DNA of 63,840 nucleotides, counting the filler, from Perkinsus chesapeaki ATCC PRA-425 (taxonomy: Eukaryota > Protista > Perkinsozoa): the NCBI GenBank assembly GCA_013115145.1. It is 11 parts of 11 records of this genome, joined end to end, with 100 filler letters (N's around TTAATTAATTAA, not from the genome) between each part and the next. Parts side by side here need not be neighbours in the genome. Positions count along the whole stretch, not along the records: positions 21,963 to 37,693 come from JAAPAO010000721.1; 10 more parts are not named here. One strand, given 5' to 3'. A model generated the notes under the pieces. That model saw only the letters and a program-made list of their open reading frames with translations. It did no database searches and was not told the DNA's origin. The position numbers were made by a program, and so were the translations under genes. Below, piece after piece: positions 24,270 to 37,793 of this stretch (positions are counted from its first letter, which is position 1; every line of letters starts with the position of its first letter).

Positions 24270-27029
24270 GTAGGTACCATGGACCCGGTTCACAATATGA
24301 TTAGCCTGCCGAGTATATGCAAGGGCATTATCGATACACCGGAGTTCCAAAGGCTTCGTGATTTAACTCAACTTGGTCAGGAGTCAGGCATCCGTTACTA
24401 CTAGGAGGGAATGCATTAGGTGCAACATCGTATGTCTTTGACGGTGGCGTCCATTCGCGTTTCGAGCATAGCATAGGCGCTGCACACCTCGCGTAAGCTG
24501 CCGAACACTTGCTGACGAATGGTCAAACTTCCGTCTAGGAAAACTTTTGCGACTGGGTTGAGAGATCGACAGCCTCATCTCGGCATCACTCCAAAGGATG
24601 TCGTAGGGCTAGCGTCCCTCTCCGCTCTACAGTATGTCTCCATTAAGGTCTGCGTTACTGTGGCGGCTCTGTGCCATGACCTTGGCCATGGACCATTCTC
24701 ACATACGTGGGAATCCTGTGTCCTGCCGAGCTTGGGGATATATCACCATGAACACGAGCAAGTGAGCTTGTCGCTGTTGTAAGTTAGGGGGGGTATGGCT
24801 GTCGCATTCCGTGGTGATTATAACATCATTTCTCATCTTCCCACTCAAGCATTAAACAGATATAAATTATATTGATATATGCATCACATGATATAAGAAT
24901 TTTTGTTCTCGTTCGTTTGGTGAGCCGTCATGCAGGAGATAACATTCAGGGATGCCATTGTGGAGCGTCTGGCATTTGAAGATCGGCCACTACCACTGAA
25001 CAGCGCCGATATCAAGTTTATCAAAAACTGTATAGATCCGCCGAAGCCTGATGCTCTACTCGAGCTGAGGGAAAGCGGAGAGGACAACTTCCTTGAAGAG
25101 GTAGCTTCCATAGTGTAGCTGTAGGTATCCGAGGTTCAGGTCGGACGACCAGTTTCTAAGGCGTTCCTTCTGGACATTGTTGCCAATAAACGAACTGGTC
25201 TGGATGTTGATAAATTCGACTATATAATGAGGTTGGTTTTGAATACTACTTGTTGGTAGAGTCGGTCAGGGACTGCCATCATAGTGGTGTCCAGGGAGAG
25301 TGTGAAGTCCCTCGACTTATAATGAATGCTAAGATTATAATGTCGGACGGGTTTCCTACCATTTGTTGGCCGGATAAGGAGGTAGGCGGTGATACTGGTT
25401 ATCAGCGAAAGCGTCTGCTTGCAGTTTGAGAATCTCTGCGCAATCTTTCGCACAAGAGAATCGCTACATCGACGAATGTATCAGCATAGAACTGTTAAGG
25501 CAGTCGAAGCGATGATAAAGGAAGCATTCAAGTTGGCCGCGCCGTATATAGAAATCCTGTAGGCACGGATGTTAGCAAAGTGAATCTTGATACTATCGCT
25601 CGCTTCATCAGTCTTCGGACTCAAGCAAGCTTATCCTTCAGGGGGAACGACGAGAATGGTAACGAAGTATTCAAGCCGCTTCGGGAGTCTATTGAAGATC
25701 CGCAAGCTTTGCGCGTTATGACCAACTGGCTTGTAAGCTGCTCGATCCACCACCACTACTATCAAATTACAGTATACTATACAGTGTGTAGTATCAATAT
25801 ATATGACTATTCGGTCTTCTTGTGGAGCACCCCTTTTCTTTGACCAGTTTTATTCAGCAAAACCGTTGTTAGCCGAGCGATCACTTTAGGCCCATTACAT
25901 AGAGCATGCGACTGCCATACGGTTTGTTGGCGGGCAGGTGCCGCAAATACCGGCACTAGAGGAAGCTTCTCGAATTCTGAAGGATATTCAGCGCCGGAGG
26001 TGGTATGCCTGCTTGAGAGTGGTTCCTCTATGTGGTATCGTTGGTAGGATATGGAAAGTCGTTGGGAAGTTCTCTGGTCCCCCGAAGGAAGGTATTATTG
26101 ACAAAATATGTGCTCAAAGTAAGATATTAAAACCTGCCATCAAATAGGTCACCACCATTTGAACCACGGAAAGCTGTGGGTTAACGAAGTCTCGCTTCGT
26201 TCATATCTATTAAAAGATTCCGTCGTAGTTTTGATGCGTCTCACTTCACTTGTTTATTCCCTGTTAACGCGAACCGGCAACACAAATTCATTACGTTGTC
26301 ATCGTCATCATCGGCTACTAGTCGCAGTTATTTGATAAGATGCAGCTGGGGGTGTCGGAGGAGTGTATGGCTTTTGCTCTCAGTCAGCCTGTACGCGGCA
26401 GTTTAAGGTACATTCTTGGTGCCCGGTAACCTGGAGGTAGCCGAGGCGGCGTACAATTGGGGTATGGGGGAGAAGAATCCGATGGAGCATGTGAGGTTCT
26501 TTAGCAAGTGTGGGAACTATGCTGTTCATATGAGAGAGCCAGCCTTGACTATACAAGGTGGCATGCTACCTGCAACCTTTAAGGAACAGTATACCAGTAT
26601 AGTGTGCAGGTGGGATTGGGAACTCGTTGGGGGTGAGAGCTGCTGATTAGGTCTGCTGATCCCCGGTTGATAAAGGAGGCTGAAAGGTGTGTTAAAGCCT
26701 ATAGAGCGGAGAATGCCGCCGAGGTATGGTCGTCAGATAAGGCAGCGCGTTGGCTTGGTCATCCTCGGATTTTCAGAGTACCTTAGCCGACAAGATGGTG
26801 GCGATGACTCCAGTTAAATACACCTCTGATCCATGCCCTCTCAATCGACGTATCCGCTCATCGGAGCCAGCTGTTAAGTTGAAGACTTTTATGGGACAGT
26901 TAGTTCCGCATAGGTGCGCTGTTTTGTCAGCCTTGCCGTGTTCTTAGGAAACGCGATCGGGTCTCGACAGGAATGTCCGAACATACGAGCCCTCGGAAGT
27001 TGTTGAAGAAGTCGAAGGTTGGGAAATGA
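24270..27029 (+). CDS. SAMHD1: SAMHD1-like HD-domain dNTP triphosphohydrolase (multi-exon, start not resolved)
   Basis: Exons align by eye to SAMHD1: [89 protein letters not shown] and [19 protein letters not shown] residues are intact; basic C-terminal tail. Confidence 0.92.
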
Positions 27030-27553
27030 TTAGCACCGTCGTAACTTTTCAATTGTGCACTTCTCATGCTTACTTCTTTCTATATCATTCGCCTTCGGAG
27101 TTTGGTAAGTCGTAATTCAATATACTGCTGCGCGGGGAATGTTTTGGCACGTCCTTAAGGGGCGAACTCTTGACACATGAGCTTCGCCCTCGATCACGCT
27201 TGAGCGTATAGGTCAAGTCGTTAGTAATGTCAGATTTCTGCCTGCCAACGAGCCTGCCGGTTTCTTGGTAAAGGAGACTCGAAATCGATGTGTATGAACT
27301 GAGCCTCAAGGAGCTAGCAAACTGAACAAAACACACATCTCCCGGATTACATGTAGCTTTGCTGATTTGTTGGCTCCTTGTTGGTCATGTAGGAGCATAC
27401 GGTGACGTCCAGCGATAAAAATGGCAAAAGTTGCCTCACACTAAGTTGAATATGTATTCGAACATCTATTTAAAGGCACAACAAACAGTGCACGCATTCA
27501 ACTGAAAGGGACAGCAGGATTCCCCAGCAAAAATAAGTAGCGCTTTCAAAGCT

Positions 27554-29532
27554 TCAGCGCAGTTGATTTGTAACGAAATTGGCCATCGCCTTGTGTACTG
27601 CTGCTGGTGAGTCTCTCGCCGCATTGTGACCCGCTTTGAAGACCTATTAGAGAGAGGCAGCAATTACATGCTCTCAAAGGGCAATCATGAGACACCTGTA
27701 AGAAGCTCAGCTGTCCACCTGGACTTGGCAGAGTGAAAGTTTTCAGTTTTCCGACTATTGTGCCGTCGGGGAGCTGAGGACAAGGTATACCAAAGCTTTT
27801 TATAGAGGTTTTCCATAAGGAAAGGTGCCTTACTTCAAAAAGTGTGTCTTTGGCCATTTTGCAACCGTTGAAGCCGTCCCATTCCAGGCTGTCGGTCCAA
27901 GCTCGATTCCCTATCCAATTACAGCTGTAGTCCTGATCCCCCGCGAATACTAGAACCTGAATCGGTAAAGCGGCCATGATAAATCCTCATAGTGAGCAAT
28001 CCTTCATCACTCTCTTGCCGGTGTTAAGAGCTGGAATCAATAGAGTGTCGTATCTTTTTGCTATATCATTATTAAATCTCGCTCTAACCTGAGGGAGCAG
28101 ATGATATAGGGAAGGTCCTATGAAGGACTTAGGACTATGGCTATATCACCAACTTAGCCAATCAGTTCAACTGATACAAGTTATCACGACATTTACAGCA
28201 AGTCGTAGCACATGTGATGGAATATTTTATCTTAGAGCACAGTAGAGTATTACGGGGTCATGGCCTTTCTCTTCCACCCGACTCGCGAGGCCTTTCAACA
28301 GTCCACACAAGAGCAAGCTACTTCCAAGTTGGAAGTTACAACTTACTTTAGGTCTCAAAGCGGTCCACTCTAACGATACGCCGAGATAGCGCCGGACATC
28401 GGGACGGTTGAAATATTTTCGAACCTACAATAGGCTCGATTTTTGAGTTCTTTTTTCATCTTGAGGTATCTTGATGCCCGGTAGAAGGATAAGCTTATGT
28501 GGCAATCTCTTACGTGTTCGTGCTGATAACCGACGGGGCCGTTCCGCTCATGAATGCCATGGCGGGATCGCTACTGAAACTGAAGCCAACCGAATGATAG
28601 TATGAATCCGTGCTACGACGTAAGTGTTCTACTGAAATCTAGGAGAAATGAACGGATTCCCCAAAGCTACGCCTTCTATATTGATCTGAGAATTCTGGCT
28701 CATCATTTCTTATAATATAGCGGGAATGAAATGGCCTAAATGTGGAACAGAACTTCCGAACTTCCCGACGCATATGTGAGACATCCTACCGGCGTATGAT
28801 TGTCCTGTCAGGAATACTTCAGTGTTGTATTCAGGGTGAGCTCTAAAGAATATCTCCAATGCTTGGACACTGCAAAAATTAGATTAAGCAAGAGCGCACT
28901 GGATTGAGGTCCGTGTTACGTAGATTTGGCAGCTTCTATTGAGTTATTTGGAGGCGTGCCTTTACTGAACCCCACCGATGCGGGCTGATCAATATACATA
29001 ACGTTTGCAAATGTGTTCCAAGAATATCTAAATGGAGTCGTCGGACCCCCACGAGAACTTTGATATACTTACTCGTTGACGGATGGCGAAGTACCATCCT
29101 CATTGAGTATACATGGGCCGCCGTTACCGGAGACGGCAGATAGCATGCTACTGGCTCCAGGTCCTCCTTGAAAGTATATTAGAGTAGGACTAGTTGTAGG
29201 ATTAGTACGAGACTCAAAGAGCCAATAGAAGAGTCTAAACAACACTACGAATCTTGGAGGCCTTCCGTCGTACTTGGCATCGCGTTTTCCATCTAAATAA
29301 CCAAATAGCTGATGCACTCCACCATCGCAGAATCTATTCACCGGATCGGGTGGAATTCTTTCGTCTGGAGCCTTGCCCCGGAGTCTGTCCCAGAGTCTAG
29401 GACCTGGACTCCAAGCATAATCATCATCCATAATTTGCCGCCGCTATGAAACCCACCTCTATTGCTTTTTCGGATTACGTCCAAAGAGCAATCGGCTAGG
29501 GTTAATAGCAGGAAAACCGTAGCGATCGACAT
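27554..29532 (-). CDS. Serine carboxypeptidase (S10, CPY-like), multi-exon
   Basis: Signal peptide, [24 protein letters not shown] (Ser), [11 protein letters not shown] (Asp) and KAGHNAA (His). The signal-peptide ORF and first large exon are in different frames (unresolved intron or frameshift). Confidence 0.9.
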
Positions 29533-31163
29533 GTGATTGACATACAGAACTAAGAGTTGCTCTGCACGACTAAAATCTTCCGGATGGAAACAATAATTAT
29601 CTCAAAGGATCCCCAGTGGGATTCCCCACCGTAATTCGTAGTTGCTGAGCTGACCTAAAGTGGAGCCGACTGGTAGTGTTATGGCTCCTTAATGGGATAT
29701 CCGGGAAACTCGCAAACTGAAGGTCCGGAGAAGGAATTGAGCAAACGAGACGTGGCTCCCATCCCCTCAGAGGAGTGTATCTGACGCGTCGCGCAGGCGT
29801 CTCGTCTCTGGAGGCGAGCGAGTCCCGACCTTGCCGGAGTGATACCCGGTCACAGAAGCTCAACCGCACGACAGCGCTGATGGCAGCTCGGTGCAGAGGT
29901 CTTCAACAGCTCGACAACTCTCCATTACCTAGTTCAATCAAGTACAAACCGGCGGGATAGAGCACGGTGCGCTCGATAGTCTTCTGCAAAACGAGAAGTA
30001 TAATTGCGCTATGCCTGAGTTATCCATTTATGCAGGGCGGATATCAGCCAGGCAAAGGTATCGCTCACCCCTAGGACCAGTGAATCGGTTTCACTGAAGA
30101 GCACGACGCCAGGTGTTGTTGCTGGGAACTGTATGCAATATACCGATCATATCCTGCACATTTGCCTTGCCCATGGAGTGGGTGAAATGAGAAAAGCATA
30201 ACAGGTATTCATGTCGATACTTTGGAAAATGGTTTTTCGAAAATCATATGATTCGTGCCGGCGTACGACGGTCCGCGGTTCTCAAAGCTGCCTCCGGCTG
30301 GTTCAATAATAAATAGAAGTCTCACTTAAGGATCACAAGAAGAGCCAGGACAACCCGAACATCTAAGAATAGCTGCCTTCCGAGAACGATCGCTCCAGGG
30401 AAGCCATGGCTGGGACTGGCTCTTTCATGCCCCACTTCGCGTTGGTCATTCCTAACAAAGTCAACCAATGTCGGGAACCTATGGACTGGAGGTATGTGCT
30501 GTAGGGGACTCTGGAATAGAGTTTATAAGGAGCTCTAGAACTGATGTAGAACTCTGAGTTCTAGAACTTCAAGGATCAATATTACTGACTATGTGCGAAG
30601 GCTCAGGCGTCCACCTACTTTTCCCAGCATCGGTTCTAGAACTGATGCTGGGAGAAGAAGACTGTCATGCCTTACGGTTATATTCATCAGAAGGGTGTCC
30701 AAAGATTGAGGGGAAATTAGTCCGAAGGAAAGGATGGCCGGCATGAGTGTCGAGCTTACTAAGCTCAGCTTAGTGAGCGTATTCAGAAGCTAAAAAAGGT
30801 TTTGGAATGAGCAGGCTCACATGCTGCGTGTGAACGCTGCACCGTTCCGGGGACTCTGCTGTGGAGCGGCTCAAGAACCTCACTGTATCTGAGATACGTT
30901 ATCTTATGTCTCAGCCTTGACATATCTGCTCCAGGTTGGTACACCCGCTGATACTGCCAACGTCAGCGGATTATCCGCAGGAGATATTGATTGTGATTGT
31001 TTCACTGAGTTTTCTGTTGGTTGCTTTATTGAGTTTATTGCTTTATTCATATAATATCTTCATCGCTTGCCTCGAGGCTGGAGGCTGTAGACTACAGCCT
31101 GTAGTGAATGCGACTCGTATTCCACCGAGATATATCGCATCATCCTCGTGAACATTTTGCTTC

Positions 31164-31760
31164 CTATTGGAGGTTTCTCACAATACCTGCTACGTCCTTC
31201 GCTGCAGGAGCCCCAGTATCGAGCCAACCGAGATAGCCCGCAATTCTATAGTCTACCACACAGTTGTGCTCTCGAGGTCGGCCTGGGAGTGGTATACGGA
31301 GCTCCAACGCTAGTCTTAGAACAGGGATTCGATTGACTTGCATAATGCTGCAATCGTCAACATCAAATATAACAGACTCAGCGGAGTGGTTTGAGTAAGA
31401 AGGTTTCCAGTGATCTTTCTGTTGGCGGCTCATGAGTGAAGCCTGGAAGTTCCGCGCCGGAACTGTCTGCCATTAGAAAGACCGCTGTCGTGAAGTTGTG
31501 GATCTCAGATGCTTCGATACCGTAACCAATCGGCCTTACTACTATAATCAGCGGACCGGTGATTCTGTGTGGGCGGAGGATGGTAGTGCGGATGTAAGTA
31601 CCTCACTCTGCCGGTAAGATGAACATTGGCTTCCCTCAATTGTACACGAGAGATGTGCAGCCTACGCACCAAAAACTCGGCAGCTCGGAGCATGACACCA
31701 CCACGAAACGCTGGTCACTGCGATCGCCGAGTGAATGGATCTGAGTTCCATCTCGGGTAG
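31164..31760 (-). CDS. Possible PTEN/tensin-like phosphatase-domain protein (exon fragments)
   Basis: Only weak resemblance: RFVVVSCSEL, GFTHEPPTERSLETF and RIAGYLGW in PTEN-like order; no intact CX5R motif seen. Confidence 0.25.
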
Positions 31761-33926
31761 TCCGAGGTTGTTGACGGCAGCCTGTCGTTCTCATCGAGAG
31801 AAAAGTTCAAATGCAGGAATGCACATTGCATCTCGAGTTGCTCCTCGAGCAGCGAGGATGAAGGTCTCCCATGGGATCAGAGTTTGAATAGACCTTCTCA
31901 TCATATCGAGGTCTGTATGCGTCCACGCAACTGGCGACTTGCTGTCTGTCAGATTAGGTCTCAAAAGCGCCGACGTCGTCGGCGCCCTTTCTCAATGTCC
32001 CGTTATACAAGGAGGGCAATGTCGATGATTCGAGCTGGCCTCAAGAAGTGGCTGCGTCACATGAAAACGGCGATCTCGGAGATTCCCAAGTTTGCTTATC
32101 TTCTCTGTGAAATAGTCCATTTTTCCCCGCAGAGGGCGACCCCACAACTCGCCCTGCGACGAGGCGTTCTTCGAAGATGCTCTGCAGACTGCGATCTATA
32201 TATGGCAATGCCTAGTATCGGTCATGAAAGCATCGATGGCAATGCTGTTGGAGGTGGGCTAGCTAGTAAAATGATTTCACTAAAATCATCTATTAAATAT
32301 TATTAGTAATAGTTCCTTTATTCATGTCTATCGATAGATAATGTAAACCAACACTAAAATACATCTGATATTAAATATATCATAGTCTTTTGGTACTACT
32401 TTTATATGTAAGCATATAAAGCCACGGCTCTGGACTCCGATGGCCAACTCGGATCGTGCTGAGTCTTGACCAATTAAACCATTGATATTGTGAAGCCATC
32501 GTCGATTCGGAATCTCATCCGATGAGATTCGGGTACATTCCTTGAGAGCCAATGAAGCTTGTCACAACTTATGTCAATATAAGAGTTACTCTTAAAGAGT
32601 GCCTCATCAGAGTGACCAATAAAGACTCATCAGGTCATTCGAGGGGCCGACCGCGATCTAATTGATCTAGAAAATGGCATCCAGAGGGCACAGAAGCATC
32701 CTGTCGAGGCATTCGACGGGCGACGTGGTAGGCGCCTGGTGACGCGGAAGGCAGTACCTTCGAGCACTCCTTACCCCGCTCCTCCCTCTTCACCTTCTGT
32801 CACCTGGAGACAGTTTGGTACCGGCGTGGTCCCGTCTGAAGCTTACACATTATTTGATGAAACTCGCATGTTAGTACGGCAGGTCGTTGGGTCTGACTCA
32901 CCTGCCGTACCCTCCGTAAATTCCAGGAATGATACTGACTCACAAGAGGTGCAGTCTGATGAGTCTGACATCGATGCTCCTCTCGAGCAATCAGACTGGA
33001 GCGAGAGTCAGCAGGAAGGAGTGCATTCGATTATTACCGGTTCTGATATATACGAGGGCTCTGAGGCATCATCTGACTGGGGAGACCAGAACGCAGCTGT
33101 GGAGCCTGCAGTGCTATCCGATGTGTTGACCGGATACACAACAGTGGACGACCGGAGACTAGAGCGATGGTCTCAGTCAGATGCACAGCGATACTCAGTC
33201 ACCTACTCCTCAGCATCACTGGTAAGATTTAACAATCAAAGAGAAGTCGGAAACATCTTAATCGAGATCAGAATTTATAGTTAGGTTGTCTCTGGCTACA
33301 TCGGGGCAACGAGAGAAGATGACAACGAGTGCGTGACACCGAATGAACCCATGGAGGCAACGCTTCGTCTTGGGTGAAGTCAGGGCACTATTCCGCCTGC
33401 ATTCAGGAACGTGCATCCCCAAGATAGCAAACGTCAGGTATATGCCGAGAAGGTCTTCCCTCTTCAGCGCCGACGACGAGCTCACTCATAGTGAAGACTC
33501 GCGATTGCCATACTTTAACAATTACCCATCATGAACAAGCATCCCTGTTAATTCAACGTCTTTCCACCAGGCCTTGAGTGTATGGCGGGTGTATTATAAA
33601 ATATAGATCTACGTCGTCTGAATGGGAGCGCTAGAATAGTTTGTGGGACAGCAAAGCTCATGGCGCCACCTGGCGCTCAATACATCGCAAGAACATGGAT
33701 AGTAGCACTCCTGAGACACTTGATCGATCGAGTAGCATACCAGTGATGCTTTGGCATGAACTGTAGGGTGACAGACCGCTAGCTACGACACAGCACGTTG
33801 TCAACTTGATAATTTTGTTGGAGTCGTCGCTGAAAGAGGTAGACCTAGTAGTAACCTGCGCAGTCATCGAATATGCCAAGAACATCTCGACAAAGCTCTA
33901 CTGATAATTATGTTCATCAGCTACAC

Positions 33927-36780
33927 CATGACATAGAGACGACCACTCGGAAGCTGGAATTGGAACGTCGCCGGCTTGGTTAGTCGCCGTTTTCAGCTGT
34001 GCAGTAGACGCCAGGGCTTGCTGTGTATAGGAAAGCTATTCGAGGACTTTAACAGGGCTAGGGCTGAATTTGACGAGAAAGTGTTGCCGTCTAAGAAACA
34101 GAAAACTGAACAAGACATGTGAGCACCTAGATAACAATGTACAAAACAAGAATACTCGAAGTAGATATCGTGACAAGGCCATGGCGAACGACATCTCGCC
34201 CGGCTCCAGTGGCTATAACAAGTAGGATGTCACTGTTATATCAGCAGCATATTTAGCTCAGTCGAGTTGAAGAGATATTGAAGAGCTGCTCACCAGGGGC
34301 AATGAGATCGTTAGAGAGCAGGTCAGACACTGAATGAGTGCTTAGGATTGAAACTGTGCACAGGATAAGCAAGTCTATTGCAAAACTTAACACATTCAAC
34401 GACACTATACGCGAAATGCGTCAGTCAATTGACGCGTTGCGGATGGAGAAGGTACATGTCCACAATGCCCTCGAGAAAAGCATGGAAGAGGCAGGAACAT
34501 GCTCCCGATCCTTCAGTAGCTGCCACCATGTCAGACAAAGAGTATTGTAGCCGGCCTTTCTGAAGCCAATGCAAGCCTCGAGGAAGACAAGCGGATCACA
34601 AAGACGACCAGACTCAAACTGGCAGAACTATCATCGGTCAAGGATACGGAGAGACGTTCTTTCAGGGAGCAAGCTCAAGGTAGGCTATCGTTCTACGTGG
34701 ACTCGTGGTAAAGTTTGTAACATAACCCGAGCTACGAATCGTAACTAACGATATCCGACTAGAGTATGATTTTCCCATGGTGGATGGTGAATGTTTGTCT
34801 GGCATATGCAATTCATTCACTGGATGTCCTGTGTGGACTTCCTAGTGTTAGCTTTTCACTGAGAATATCGTATCGGATGAGCTTGCCCTTCAAATATCCA
34901 ATCGTTATTATCGCATGACACGTACATGTCAGACATCAAGAAAGATATCGCAGACCGTAGCCAGGAGAGCCACGAATGGGAGCTGCAGAATAGCCGAGAT
35001 ATACTTAAAAGCCGGATGGGCGCGAAGGCTGGTATTCGTCTGATGTGACGGATCTGTTGACCCCGTAACTCTGGGCTAGGTGGTCATTCTGATGGTGTTC
35101 GCTTTGCTTCATCTACTGCAAGGGAAATGATGCTAGTGAGCTCGTACACGGATGCAACAATTCTACAAAGCTCATCTTAGACTGGCTACACATGCGCATC
35201 TGAAGAGGAAACCTTCTCTGAAATGGACACCATGAAAAGTAGTATTTGTAGCAAATCCACGCTGCAAACGGTATCTTCTAGGAATCTTAAAGCTCGCCTT
35301 CCTCAACTCAATCCAGAGAAGGCACATCAGGCAACACAAACGGAACAGTGAAGTATTCGACGAGGTAACGCCAACGCTCCCTCGCGCTCAAAAAGGTGGT
35401 ATACGCTCGACCCCGAGAAGGAGTCTCCCTTAGGGAGATGTGTACTTCACCAAAGAGCCACGAACATGGCATTATTATCAAATAACTATCAATGCTTCAA
35501 CTTCATCATCGTCTTCTACCGACCCGCAATTGTACTCAACACTATTCATGCTTCAGGCTTTCCGGACAATCAAGCAAGCCACGGGTATAACAAACGTTAC
35601 CGAGATAGTTCGAATCTTCATTAAACTAGAGGAACAGAATTTCGGGTTAGGCACCACCGTGGTGCTCGGGTCTAGCCCATGCTCATCATTTTAGCCTTGC
35701 GACCTACTCAAATACATTGTCTCAAGACATCGAAGCATGGGAGAAGGAAAATGGGCGGCTGAATCAAGCCCTGGACATGCACCGTGCAAAGGTTGCAGCA
35801 GACGGCGAGAAAAGGCATAGGGTAAACGACGAATATTCGCGCAATAGTGAGGCTTTGGCCTTACTTATGCTTCACTGTTCCCGAGTCAGCTCATCCTGGC
35901 ATACAATCATAACGCTTGGGAATGTAAGCGTTCGAGCCAGGCACTACTGGAACTCAACCGCGAGATAGACAAGAATAAAGAAGGAATAAAGAACAATGTC
36001 GAGGCGATCAATCACCTGTGTTCGACGGTCATCGAAAAGGCTCTTGCAGCTGCGAGGAGGGCAGCAGAATGCCTCCACAAAGAGGTACACGAGATCACTC
36101 GCATTCGACCCGGATGCCGTGTCGGCCGACTCGACCGAATTACGCCTGTCGTTCTCAGAAAAGAAGCAATATTGATCCGCGCGTGTTGGAGGCAAGCCGT
36201 CAACCATGGTCCCCGAGGAAGCGAGGGACCACTACCTCCGACCCTCAGATGTTCGGTAAGGGTGTGTGTTCGATTGGGTTATATTCCAGGACATAACGTA
36301 TGGGATACGCCTTCCGATTATTTAATAACCGATTCCTATTTTTCTGCCAGGTATCGGCGATCTGCTCTTGAAATACCTTGACTGCATAGAAAGATCCCTC
36401 AGTATGTGGGCAGACGTCATACCTAATACAGGGATGCCCCCTGATGAGCGCCCGTTTAATTACATGATGGCTGTATGAGTGTAAAGCATTACTCACGTAG
36501 TGCTTCCCTCAGGTCCCACTCTCGGCGCGTTCCCACGCCACCTCTGTGCGGTCAAGAATGTAGGAATTCGACTCAGGAGTATAAGGAGGTGGATTCACTG
36601 ATGCATATCAGAATCAAAGAAGGAGCTCCTTTGGTCCGAGCCGTAGAACTACCTGTTGCTCGTCTCGAAGGCACAACGGCTCAACAGCCAACCATCGCAC
36701 GAAGGCGAAAGTCCGGCAGTGAGTTTGGTTCATGTAGATCACCAAGCGCAATGATGCTCCAGGTACGGTAAACTCAGATG
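33927..36780 (+). CDS. Outer dynein arm docking complex subunit ODA1/CCDC114-like coiled-coil protein, multi-exon
   Basis: Exons HDIETTTRKLELERRRL, ISKSIAKLNTFNDTIREMRQSIDALRMEK, AFRTIKQATGITNVTEIVRIFIKLEEQNF and SQDIEAWEKENGRL match ODA1-family motifs from memory; ends approximate. Confidence 0.62.
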
Positions 36781-37229
36781 ATTCATCAAGCGAGGATGAT
36801 GTAGCCAACTTTGACCGGCCTTGTAGCCTGACTGACTTGCGCAAAAGGGTCATGTCCTCGCTTGAGAGAAAACGTGAGCCCTTCTTTAGACTTGCAGGGG
36901 CCTGTGTACAATCACGTCCTCACTTCTCAAGTTGCTTGGAATTAGGCTAGTCGGTTTACGTTTTTTTCAACAATCGATCAGAATACCTTCCATCTTCAGG
37001 TATTCGTAGGAAAGACAAGCGAGTCTCCTACCTGACTGAGGCTTCGCTAGACTCGACGGGTTCATGTTCCATCGGGTATGCCTGCTTACTCGCATGCATC
37101 CGCTTAGGGGAGCTATGCCGAGGGCCCTCCCATAGGTACGATGAATTTGTTGCTCCCATGTCCTCTCTGGATGGCTCTTTCTCGCATGAAGTAAGTCTGC
37201 CTGAAAATATTAAATTTTGTATTTCCTCT

Positions 37230-37693
37230 TTCAGGCCTCTGGGCCAAGGAAAAGTCGACCTTTCATGATTGAGGAGCGTAACAAAACTTCCAGGAACTAC
37301 TTCGTATGGTACGTTTCAGGTGAAGAGCTCACTCCTGAAGAGATTGAGAAAATATTCCTATCAAGGTGAGGGAGAACGAACTGGGCGGCCGGCGATCGCT
37401 TTGGAATTTGGTCCTCACGATGTCAAGATACAACATGACGCAGCGAGAGTTGATCGACATGGCGAAAAAGATGAAAATAAGTGTAAACAATTTGTGCCAT
37501 TTAAAACAAGTGATAGGCTACTTGACTCGCTCGTTGCGTGGCAGTAGCTCGCATCATCAGGAGTTTGATAAATACGATGCTGACGGCTCGGGCAACATCG
37601 ATCGTGATGAGCTAAGACGGCTTCTTGAGACACTTGGAGAGGAGCTGACTGAAGACGATTTAGAGATGGCATTCGAGGAGCTCGATGAGGATG
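37230..37693 (+). CDS. Calmodulin/centrin-like EF-hand protein, 3' partial
   Basis: GEELTPEEIEKIF and HLKQ|EFDKYDADGSGNIDRDELRRLLETLGEELTEDDLEMAFEELDED; in-frame intron at 37510-37560. Confidence 0.8.
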
Positions 37694-37793
37694 NNNNNNN
37701 NNNNNNNNNNNNNNNNNNNNNNNNNNNNNNNNNNNNNTTAATTAATTAANNNNNNNNNNNNNNNNNNNNNNNNNNNNNNNNNNNNNNNNNNNN

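Noticed and set aside
21963-27029. A dedicated SAMHD1 plus retroelement 'system'
   Set aside because: The retroelement piece is truncated and such fragments are common in this genome; adjacency alone is not evidence of a functional module.
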